From a virus: DNA of 64,000 bases. The DNA lies in the IMG/VR virus record IMGVR_UViG_3300048927_000308, positions 26,091 through 90,090 of that record. One strand, written 5' to 3'. How positions within the stretch are numbered: position 1 is the stretch's first letter; each line of letters starts with the position of its first letter. Under the pieces are notes generated by a model. That model was not told the DNA's origin. It worked only from the letters and a program-made list of their open reading frames with translations, and searched no databases. Made by a program: the position numbers and the translations under genes. Below, one piece after another: positions 39,457 through 48,800 of this stretch.

Positions 39457-40079
39457 GAGTTCTTCAGCCATTCTTTGAGGGTCATTTTAGGGATACCGTC
39501 CATTTGCCCGCAGGAAACGACATTGATCTGATTGCGTGCAGACTGGAATAGGAGAGGCAAATGGCTCAGATTATTCGGTACGCCACCGGAGTGAACTCGC
39601 GGTTGTTGCGTGGCATCCACGCCCACCAGCGCAACATTTTTAAAGCCAAGGTGATAAGCCATATTGAGTGCACCATAAGCGCTATTGCCACTTGAGATCT
39701 CGTTTTTATCCTCACATAGACCTAATTTCGCTGACCAACGCCAGGCCCACCACTCCGGCGTATCTTTGGCTACTGGTTCCTCAACCCGTGCAGCCACCCG
39801 ACGCATGCACCAAATACCGTCACGCTGTTCAAGTTGTTCGACATCGGGTAACGCCATGCAGTAGCGCACACCACGACGACGGCGGCCACGAGCCACTCGC
39901 TGAAGGTTTTCACGAGATGGATCAAGCGTGAAGAAGAATGAAGCCCGGTTGAGCCAGTCAATAGCGCCATTAACAGCAATAATTGGTACACCGCGCGGCG
40001 CCACGAAATTCAGCGCGCTGGGGCCGCTGCCGACGATAATGACGCGATCACCGTATTCAGGTTTATTCGTGGAAAACAT
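39453..40079 (-). CDS. pmgP: PmgP; Maf/GT42-like fold
   Basis: [38 protein letters not shown]. Confidence 0.75.
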   Translation of the reverse strand: MFSTNKPEYGDRVIIVGSGPSALNFVAPRGVPIIAVNGAIDWLNRASFFFTLDPSRENLQRVARGRRRRGVRYCMALPDVEQLEQRDGIWCMRRVAARVEEPVAKDTPEWWAWRWSAKLGLCEDKNEISSGNSAYGALNMAYHLGFKNVALVGVDATQQPRVHSGGVPNNLSHLPLLFQSARNQINVVSCGQMDGIPKMTLKEWLKNS

Positions 40080-40618
40080 TGAAGGTCACTTCTCCTGCTA
40101 GCATTCAAAATTTTTAATTTAGGGTGCCGTTCGCGTATGCGTTGGAACTGCTGATGCCACTTCATGACAGAGGTAACTGTTGGGTTACGCAAGCTGCCGC
40201 TGTGCGGGCCATGCCAGTGCGTTCCGTGGGCAATTGAACAGTCATATCCCAATAAAACGACGGTTTTTGCGCCCAACTCCTCGGCGAAGCTGATAGCCAT
40301 AGCACCACTGTTAAATCCTTCTTGCGGTCCGCAATAACGCCTGTATTCAAGTGCGTAGGACTTTGCTGCTGCTAAGTTGGCGGTTATCTTTCGAAACCGT
40401 CCAGTGGGCACCTCTTTGCGGTACTGCTTCCACCAGGCGAGATCACCGGCGAACAGAGCATAAATATTTTCAAAGAGCTGCCAGGTGTTGTTGACCGCGA
40501 TGATGGAGCAACCGCTCTTTTCCACTGCTGCACAGTCTTCAGGTGTCAGCGATGGACCGCTGGCTACACAAAAGACGGTTTCAGTCAGCGACTTCAGTTG
40601 CTGCGTTTTCTTCAGCAA
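40010..40618 (-). CDS. second Maf/GT42-like protein (pmgO position)
   Basis: CVASGPSL, IIAVN, NSGAMAISFAEELGAKTVVLLGYD; GGAGG-6-TTG start. Confidence 0.75.
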   Translation of the reverse strand: MLKKTQQLKSLTETVFCVASGPSLTPEDCAAVEKSGCSIIAVNNTWQLFENIYALFAGDLAWWKQYRKEVPTGRFRKITANLAAAKSYALEYRRYCGPQEGFNSGAMAISFAEELGAKTVVLLGYDCSIAHGTHWHGPHSGSLRNPTVTSVMKWHQQFQRIRERHPKLKILNASRRSDLQCFPRINLNTVIASLSSAAAPAR

Positions 40619-40754
40619 ACTCAGCCTCCAGACGGCGGTACATTTCGTTTACCAGCCCGTCAACATGGCGTTCAATTTCAACTTGATTGCGGGGCATAAT
40701 GCCGGTGACGGCACCAGCGAGGTTAAGCGGATCATTCGGTTTGTTTGCGGCCAT
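40581..40754 (-). CDS. small protein (pmgN position)
   Basis: DPLNLAGAVTGIMP..RHVDGLVNEM. Confidence 0.6.
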   Translation of the reverse strand: MAANKPNDPLNLAGAVTGIMPRNQVEIERHVDGLVNEMYRRLEAEFAEENAATEVAD

Positions 40755-40832
40755 TTTTCCCTCTGCAAAGCAATGTGATACGCCGGAGCGTAAAGGAAGT
40801 ATCATGTTAGATCTATTATACTAATAAAAATA

Positions 40833-41411
40833 TTATTTTTTATTAAGCGTGAGCCATTTACTTTCGTTCAACACTTGGTCGATCGTGTGCCCTTTGGGTA
40901 GGCTTACATACTCCAGAATGGCCGTAATAGCCTGCTCTGCACCGTATGCAAGCACTGCGTAATAACCTTGATTCCGCAATCGGTTTAACCATTCAATCTG
41001 TTCAGTTGATGGTCCTTTCCCGTCTGGTTCCTTCAGCTCCAGACGCATCCCGTGATATACCCCGCGCGGCATGTCCAGGGACATATCCGGGTAGCCCTTC
41101 TTTTGGCCCTCGGCTTTCATTTTCCCCGCTGTTGCTTTAGTACGTTTGCCGCCGTTTGGCGTCGCGTGAAGCAATTCGTATATTTCAGGGTGTTTACGCT
41201 CGAAGTAATCAAAAATAATGACCTGCTCGTAATGTTCCTGATTTCCTTTACGAAGATCTGGATTTTTGGCCAGCGCTGCCAGCGCTATTGCATGCGGTGA
41301 TGGCTCCTTGGTAGGAGCCAGGGACAAAAAGGGGTCGCTCTTCTTTGCTTTTTTACCGGCTTTCCGGGAGGCCGTGAACGCTTTAAATTCATCTTCTGTA
41401 AACCGAAGCAT
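40833..41411 (-). CDS. pmgM: PmgM; VRR-NUC nuclease
   Basis: PNGG..GYPD..LELK..SteQ..W. Confidence 0.85.
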   Translation of the reverse strand: MLRFTEDEFKAFTASRKAGKKAKKSDPFLSLAPTKEPSPHAIALAALAKNPDLRKGNQEHYEQVIIFDYFERKHPEIYELLHATPNGGKRTKATAGKMKAEGQKKGYPDMSLDMPRGVYHGMRLELKEPDGKGPSTEQIEWLNRLRNQGYYAVLAYGAEQAITAILEYVSLPKGHTIDQVLNESKWLTLNKK

Positions 41412-41414
41412 TTA

Positions 41415-41660
41415 TCAATCCAGGTCTGACGGGCGACGGCCATATTTCCGTGCCATTGCAGCTTGCTCTTCCCTATGCCAGGAAGCACAATCCGCATCGC
41501 AATAAATACCGCTAGTAATCGGCTCATCGCAATACTGGCATTTGCCTGTGTGTGTGCGGCTACATGACCGTGCCTGCTCACGTATCCCTTGAATGGCCAA
41601 ATCTTTGATAGTCTCTTCAACGTTGGCACTCAAATCGACTTCATCAGCATAATTAGACAT
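41415..41660 (-). CDS. TraR/DksA-like C4 zinc-finger protein (pmgL position)
   Basis: ADEVDL..CQYCDEPI..YCDADC. Confidence 0.7.
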   Translation of the reverse strand: MSNYADEVDLSANVEETIKDLAIQGIREQARSCSRTHTGKCQYCDEPITSGIYCDADCASWHREEQAAMARKYGRRPSDLD

Positions 41661-41822
41661 CTAACGCCCTCCCTGGCGCAGGTTGCGCGCAGCCCGCAGG
41701 CTGGCCATTGGATCATAGGTCTTGCCGTTATCTTTCGGCTCTTTCAACTTTTTCCCGCGACGCTGTCGGTTATAGTCCCGCAAGAAATTAGTGTCACGAT
41801 CAGGGATGTCCCAAACACGCAT
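41661..41822 (-). CDS. 53-aa Arg/Lys-rich peptide (not in ORF track)
   Basis: MRVWDIPDRDTNFLRDYNRQRRGKKLKEPKDNGKTYDPMASLRAARNLRQGGR; stop abuts next ATG. Confidence 0.5.
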   Translation of the reverse strand: MRVWDIPDRDTNFLRDYNRQRRGKKLKEPKDNGKTYDPMASLRAARNLRQGGR

Positions 41823-41883
41823 ACTCTATATCTCGTTCGTTGTGGTTAAGGGATGAAAAAAACGCCAAAATATGGCGTTTTAC

Positions 41884-41900
41884 ATATTAATTAGAGCAAT
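41884..41900 (-). promoter_or_regulatory. C1 operator
   Basis: ATTGCTCTAATTAATAT. Confidence 0.7.
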
Positions 41901-41901
41901 A

Positions 41902-42060
41902 TTAGTTAATATTTTTCGCATGCTCGTAGATCAGCACCAGGAAGTACAACAACGTGAACGTAACGCAGAAGGCGTTGAGACAAAACATGGCCACCTTGCC
42001 AAAGGTGACTTTTTCAGAGGGGTGATGCACATCGTTTCGCGGCATAGCGAAGTCTTTCAT
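41902..42060 (-). CDS. 52-aa single-TM protein
   Basis: AAGGA RBS; VAMFCLNAFCVTFTLLYFLVLIY. Confidence 0.55.
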   Translation of the reverse strand: MKDFAMPRNDVHHPSEKVTFGKVAMFCLNAFCVTFTLLYFLVLIYEHAKNIN

Positions 42061-42141
42061 GGTCTGTATCCTTTGATTGATTGGCATGGGCCGCTGAAGC
42101 GTGCGGCCACAACCAAAATATATCAGACCATTAAAAAAATA

Positions 42142-42158
42142 CAATTTATTAGAGCAAA
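42142..42158 (-). promoter_or_regulatory. C1 operator
   Basis: TTTGCTCTAATAAATTG. Confidence 0.7.
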
Positions 42159-42162
42159 AATA

Positions 42163-42411
42163 TCAATCAGCAATAAGCAGCAGCGCGTTATCTTTGATAA
42201 TCTGGCCCCACTGCTCATGGCTGCGCTCACGGATAGCCTGGGGAATCGTGTTATCAGTGAAATCAATAATCGTACGCCATTCACCATCTTCTCGGCGGAG
42301 CTGAAATCCACGATTCAGCCCAACACGGCGAACTTCGACGCCAAACGGATCGGCATACTCCTGCAACGTTCTTAACGTTCCGTGTTTTACTTCGTGATAG
42401 CGTTTTTTCAC
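42163..42411 (-). CDS. lxc: C1 co-repressor Lxc (Bof)
   Basis: MKKRY..VKHGTLR.LQE.AD; 82 aa. Confidence 0.9.
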   Translation of the reverse strand: MKKRYHEVKHGTLRTLQEYADPFGVEVRRVGLNRGFQLRREDGEWRTIIDFTDNTIPQAIRERSHEQWGQIIKDNALLLIAD

Positions 42412-42415
42412 CTTT

Positions 42416-42847
42416 TCACCTCCCAGGTATTAAAATTTCCACTTCCAAATCGCATGACTCAAACGGGTAATCCTGATCGTCCACTTCCGGCGGTACCGGC
42501 AGTAGATGCCAGGCAGAATAAATCTGCCCATTATTAAACCGCTCCTGACTGTACAGCGTAGCAGCAAGAAGCGTTAACGCAGGGCGTTCAAACTTGTAGA
42601 TTTTGCGAATGTCGCGGTCAATAAGACGTCCAAAGTTACCGTAGCCGTGCTCCAGCAGCAGAGATTTGATCTCTGGCCAATACGGACCATAACTGCGATA
42701 AAGACGCGGGTTTTTAAGCAGACGTCCTCGCAGCCCCTTCAGGAAGAAATCAACATACTGCTCCTCGGTTTTACCCAAAAGCGCGGTGCGCAGCAGCCCT
42801 TCCAGATAGGTTTTGTTCGGCTTGATTGTATCAGATAGCGTTGCCAT
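42416..42847 (-). CDS. ulx: Ulx
   Basis: MATLSDTIKPNKTYLE; between lxc and darB. Confidence 0.88.
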   Translation of the reverse strand: MATLSDTIKPNKTYLEGLLRTALLGKTEEQYVDFFLKGLRGRLLKNPRLYRSYGPYWPEIKSLLLEHGYGNFGRLIDRDIRKIYKFERPALTLLAATLYSQERFNNGQIYSAWHLLPVPPEVDDQDYPFESCDLEVEILIPGR

Positions 42848-42879
42848 ACGGTCATTCGCCCGGTTCGCCGGGCGCTCCT

Positions 42880-45800
42880 TTATGCGTATTGGTTAATGAC
42901 GGCCAGTACATCTGCCGCATTGTGTTTCTTCTCAATAATCCACCAGTTGCCGGGGAAGTCGCTGTTTTTTGCCTTCGCCGGCAGCCAGCGCGCACCGAAT
43001 TTCTCTTTCAATTCGTCTTTGGCACGGAACAGCACGCCTTTCTGGCCAGAGGCCTCCTGAAGACCAAACACCTCGCCAGCTGCAAACTTCGGCGCATACA
43101 TCATTTTGAGGTCAGCGGTCGATACGCGGTAGTTGAGCCCCAGCGCCTGCGCGGTTCTGGTGGCATCGCCCTGCCCGACGGCGATCTCTTCCTGCTGTGC
43201 GTTACGCGCGGCGATCTCCTCTTCGGTGATGTTGCCCAGCGCAAGGTTGATGCGGTCGGCATCTTCCGCTTTCTGCTCGTCAGTGCGCCCCCGTAGCAAG
43301 TCAGCCACGCGGGTCAGCACATCGAGATAATTCTTCCGGGCGCTAAGCAGGGTCGGCGTTATCTCGCTCAGATCCACCAGCTTCAGAATTGCCAGGTCGG
43401 CGAACATGGCAACAAGATTATACGTCGGGTGATTGGTGGTCATGCCATATGCTGTTGGCATCTGCATAGAACCGTTCTGGTATGCGACCATGAATTTAGC
43501 GCCGTTATTAACTACCTCAGCGATTGCAGGGGTAATTTTGCTTGTTGCCACTGCGCCTTTGATGGCTGTCACCCAAGACTGCGCCAGCACTTCAACGGCA
43601 TGATCAAGATTCGCCTGACGTTCAGCGGCAATACGCGCGTTAGCGGCATCCATCGCGGCCTTAATCTCAGCCTTATTGCTGTAGACGCTGATCGCGCCAA
43701 ACTCTGACGTGCCCAGCTCGAAAGAAGACGCGCGGAACGGATAGCTGTTGAAGATGGCGTTGGCCACCTCCACCTCGGAATCGCCGTTACGCGTTGAACC
43801 TTCCGGAGCTGTCGCCGGAAGCTTAGCAATTTCGGCCACAATACGTTCCTGAATATCTTCAGGAGAAAGCGACTCGCCGTAGGAAGAGATCACGTCAAGG
43901 TAATCACTGCCAAATAGCTCGGTCAGAAAGGCCTCGGCGCTGTTAATTTTGTAGGTCTGGCCAGCGGCCATAAAGCCCAGCGCCCATTTTGCGATCGCTG
44001 ACTTCAGTGCGCCATCTGTACGGTCGGGATAGACAACGTTCTGTACGGTGTCGGAGCTGCTCACAAACTCCATCGTGTAGCCCTGGTCTGAGGTCTGCAT
44101 GGCGTAAGAGTCGGTAATTTTCAACATGCCACGCTGCTGGAAACGGTAAAAGTCGTCGCGGGAGATCAGAGCGTTTATGCCAGCAATCGACACGCCGCCG
44201 CTGATTTTACCCATAACGGCCGCCTCATCCGGGGTAACGTCAACCTGCTGTTGCAGCAACTTCACCGGCCAGGAGCTTGATTTGCTGCCCTTGCTGGAGA
44301 AAATCACTTCTACGTCCGCGCGCTGGGTGTCAAAATCCAGTGCTTTAATGAGAACGATGTCGCCGTTGTTCTCGTAATACTGCCCAACGCGCCAAGATTT
44401 ATCGCCAATCACCAGGAAGTCTTTGCCGTGGTTGATCAGGTCAGGATCCGCATTCACCAGTCCTTTATTGATCGCGTCTTCCACCAGCGGGCGCAGGCGC
44501 TTAATGTCGGTTGAAGCCTTTTTCGTGCGCGCCAGCAACTTCTCACGCTGGCTGATAGCGCTGGTGAGGGCGGCTTTACGGCGAATCGCCGTTTTAAGCG
44601 AGTTGCGGTATTGAGACAGCAGCAGACGATCGCTGCTATAAACACTGCCCCAGCGCGCCTTCCATTCTTCATTTTCTGCCGCTTTGGCCAGCACCAGCTG
44701 ACGGTAGCGCGCGACATCTGCGGTTGCCTCTTCCAGCTCGGTCTTGTTGTTTTCCAGCTGCACGGTCAGCGCTTCCACATCTTCGCCGGCGGCGTGCTGC
44801 GCTTTGATGTAGTTTTGCAGATCGACGGTGGCCTGTTCTTTCTGGCGGGCCAGCTGCGCGGCCTTCGCCTTATCCATCTGTACCTGCATCATCGCCAGGC
44901 GTTCCCCATCATTTTTGGCGGTGTACATCTGCATTTCGATCATGTCGTTGGCGTCGGCGTTTTCCATCTCCGATTTATCAGAGCGAAGAATATCGGAAAT
45001 CCAGCCCGCTTTGCGCTTCAGCGTCTTCAGGCGGTACTCGTCAAAAGAGCCTTTGCCGCAGTAGTAGTGGACACGCACACTGGCGCGGTTGGAACCCACC
45101 CGGGCGCCGCGTCCGTTACGCTGAGCAATGCTCGCAGGGGTCCACGGCAAAGTGAGGTGATGAATATCCGTCGTCCCGCGATGCAGGTTAATCCCTACTT
45201 CCGCTTTTTTGTTGCAGATAATGATCGGGGTGCGCCCTTCCTGGAAGTCGGCGGCGATTTTCTCCAGCCCGCCCAGCGACATCTCGTTTTGCTGCGCGAT
45301 ATACGCATCATAAAGCGCCATCTGCTCGTGGTATTTCGCCAGCTGCGCCTCGGTCGGTTCGTCCGGAAGGTCTTTCGGCGGCTTAACTGTCTTCAGCTTC
45401 TTACCGGATTTTCCAGCGTCGGCGACGGTCTGCGCGTTGAGGATGCCAACCTGCGACGAGTCGATATTCAACGCGTTGCAGATAATGCGTTTCAGCTTCT
45501 GGTGCTGCGTTTTTTCGTCAGTGAAAATGATCTGCTTACCTTCCGGGAAAAACTCTTTTAGCGTGGCGATCAGCTTCGCGTATTTCGGCGTTACCGGGTG
45601 CGTGATGGTGCGCTCGTCTATGCCGAACTTCGCCAGGCGCTTATTCACTTCCGGCTCGAATGCCTCCGGCACCTGAAGCTGGATGAAATCGCCTTTGTCG
45701 ATCAGCGAATATTGCGCCTGCTGCGTCACCGACTCATCGCTCTCGTCATCTTCGCTGGTGGCCTGTTTGGGCAGGCTGTCAGCCAGCTGCTGCACAGCGT

Positions 45801-48800
45801 CGGCGTACTCCGGCAGGAAACGATAGGTGATCCGGCGGTGGTACAGGTCCATATCCGTACAAACGCGGTCCATGTCGCGAATGATGGAGAAGATCGGACG
45901 CGCTTTCTCCTGCGTGGTCGTGCCGTCCTCCTGCACGATGGTAGCCATGCCATTATCGGCGTTGGCGGCAGCTTCGGCCTGTTTGCGCAGCTCCTCATAA
46001 GCATCCAGCTGCTCGGCGGTCAGCGGCGCATCCTGCTGGCGTTCATCCAGCTCGGGGATCTCCACGGTGTCTTTGACGTCTTCCGCTGTTTTCAGCGTCG
46101 TCCAACGGTGGAAAATGCCACGCAGCGCATCGAGGTTTTCAAAGCCAACCAGCGCCATTTTCTCTTCGACTTCACCGCTGATTTTCTGGACCGTCTCCAG
46201 GCGGGTTTTACCGAAGAATTTAACGAAGTCGTCCGGCCCGAAGATCCCCATTTTCTGCCAGAACTCTTTAGGCAGGACGTGTGACAGCATGTTGTAGGCG
46301 TCGATCGGGGTGTTCACTACCGGCGTGGCAGTCAGCAGGACCGGACCGCGGCCGCCGTTTTTCTTCATCAGGTAGGCGTTCTTGATCGCCATATCGCGCG
46401 CAGACTGCGCCACGGCACTGGTCGGCAGGTATGCCAGCTGGGAGGCCTCGCGCCCGTTTTTGTAGCTGTTGCGGTAGTTGTGCCCCTCGTCGGCGATAAC
46501 ACTGTCAAAGCCCATATCCTCAAAGTACGGGTATTTCTCCGCCTTCTCGGTACCGGTGTCTGAATACTCAGAAAGTACGCGCCGGCGTGCCGCTTCTTTG
46601 CGGTGAGAGTCGGACTCCATCGCGCTGGCCACACGCCCGGCCGCCACAAAGTCAAACAGCATATCTTCAGCGTGTTCGTCTACTGTTTCGTTACGCAGTG
46701 GGATACGGGCATACTGCTCTTTGGTAAACACCACGGCGCGGTAGTTGGAATGCGGGATCGCGTTCATGCGTGCCGTAATCGTCGCTTCGTCTGCCAGCTT
46801 CAGGCCATCACGCATTACCGGCGTGCCGTCGTCATTCATCACCTGCTTGCCGTTCTCATCGAGTACCGGCACCTGGCGGATATGATCGCCATCCATCAGC
46901 ACATCCAGACCGACAAAGAGGTAATTACTGAATGCCTGCTCGCTCAGGAACTCTTTTGTCTCGTAATACCAGTTTTCCAGGACGGACTTTGGTACCACGT
47001 ACGCGGTGCGGGTAGAGCGGCCATTTTCAAAATTGAATGCCTCAAGCGCCAGCGCGGTAGTGGTTTTGCCGAGTCCGGTACCGAAGCCCAGGATGCCGCG
47101 CCCATCTTCAGAGAGACGGCGAACCTCACTATTCTGGTAGTCAAATGGGTTGCGGCGGCCGCTGATACCGGTCAGGCCCAAAGAATTGCCGGAATGCTCA
47201 TACGGGATGTTGCTGTTGAAAACGTCGTTATATTTGGCTACCAGCTCGTCGTAGCGATCGTGGGTTTTGATCCACTTATTAAACTGGTCCTCCAGCAGCG
47301 CCGCCTGTTCACGATAGCCGTTCGCCGTCGCGCCATCCTTGCCGCCGATGCGCGCACCGTTGAGGTACTTTTCCAGCTGCGCAGGGAAGCCGGTAGCGTT
47401 GTCGCCGGACTTTTTATCCCATTCATAACGGATCTCGCCGCTTTCCTTATCCTTGCGCTGCACCACGCCGTAGCGGTGGCCAACAAAGAGGCCGTCGCCG
47501 CCGTGATAGGTTTCGGAAACCATCTCGTCGCCTTCCAGCTGCACCGACTGGACGTAGCGCAGATCCGGATAGCCGCTCTCCTGCAAAAACTCCAGGATAA
47601 CGGAGCGGTCAAACCAGCGGCTGTTGAGCTTGAAGCGAATGCTTTCGGCCGGGGTTTTAACGCGCTTCTCTTCGATGGCCGCCAGCTGGTTGAGGACATT
47701 GTTTTTTACTGCTCCGTCTGGCAGCTGCGCGAGAAAGGCCTGCTTGGGCGCGATGATTTCATTCAGATCGCCGCTGGTAGCGCGTGCGAACGGCACAATG
47801 CCGCCGTACGGTGAAACGGCAATGCCCGGAGTGTTGGCCAGCAGATCCAGCAGCTGGTCATCGCTGCCAGGGAGATCGCCGGTAAAGGCCTGCCGGAAGT
47901 CGTCCAGTTGGATAGGATCACGGGTGAGATCGCTGTACAGGTAGCGCAGCGTATCCTGATAGCTGGTGGAGTCGTAGCTGGCGCTATCGTCATGCGTCAC
48001 CAGCTTGCCGGTTAGCTCATCGGAGATCGTGCCGTCGAGCTTAATCGCACCTCGGAATGCAAACCATGCGCGCGCGCCGGAGCCGGAAAGCTTCGCGATC
48101 GGCCCACGACCCGGATTCCCGTATCGGTCAATTTCGGCCTGAATTTTGGCCACCAGCGATAAGCGGCGCTGCTCAATGTCGTATTCGCTTTGACCTGCGG
48201 CCTTCATATCCTGATATTCAATCAGCATGCGGCCAATCATCGCGCCACGATAGAGGCGATCGCGGTATTTCTCCGGTTGGCTGTTAATCCAGTCCACCAG
48301 CTGCACCATGTCATCGCTCATCGAGCTGGTGTACTGCTGGCGAACATTGGCCATCTGGTCAAAGGTCATCGCCAGGCGGCCTTCGGCGGTGGTCAGGTTG
48401 CGCTGAAGCGCTTCCCAGCTATCAGCGCCAAAACGTGCACTGTCGATCACCAGCTCTTTACCGGAGTCCGCCTCAATCCAGCGGCCACCAACGAAGGAAT
48501 GCCAGACGCCATTAATCAGACGCAGCTCCCTCTCATCAATAACGTCAGCGGTCGGCTGAGGCTCGTCAATATCCAGCATTGACCAGTTGATACGGCTGTC
48601 AAATCGGTGAATCAGCTTGGCCTTTAGCGCCTGGTTATCGATCTGGCCATCGGCGCGTACTTCAATGCGGCCCTGAAAACCTTTTTCCTGTGTGCCGTGA
48701 ACGAACCGGCGCCCGTCGCGCTCAAACCATTTGCCCGTGATGAATGTAGGCCAAAGGACGTTTGCCGCCTCCAACGTGCTTTCTTCCGCCAGGGCGACTC

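Noticed and set aside
40560-40620. Possible +1 frameshift fusing the pmgN-position ORF to the GT42-like ORF at GAC-TGA
   Set aside because: The downstream frame has its own TTG with GGAGG 6 nt upstream, so overlapping initiation is the simpler explanation
14427-42085. 11-mer repeats or C1 operators as a CRISPR or integron-like array
   Set aside because: Dispersed and irregularly spaced, with no cas or integron integrase; one copy is inside a coding region
44611-47814. Long + strand ORFs (316, 228 and 403 aa) opposite darB, and similar ones opposite pro, ddrB and darA
   Set aside because: Antisense shadows of codon-biased genes with no recognisable motifs
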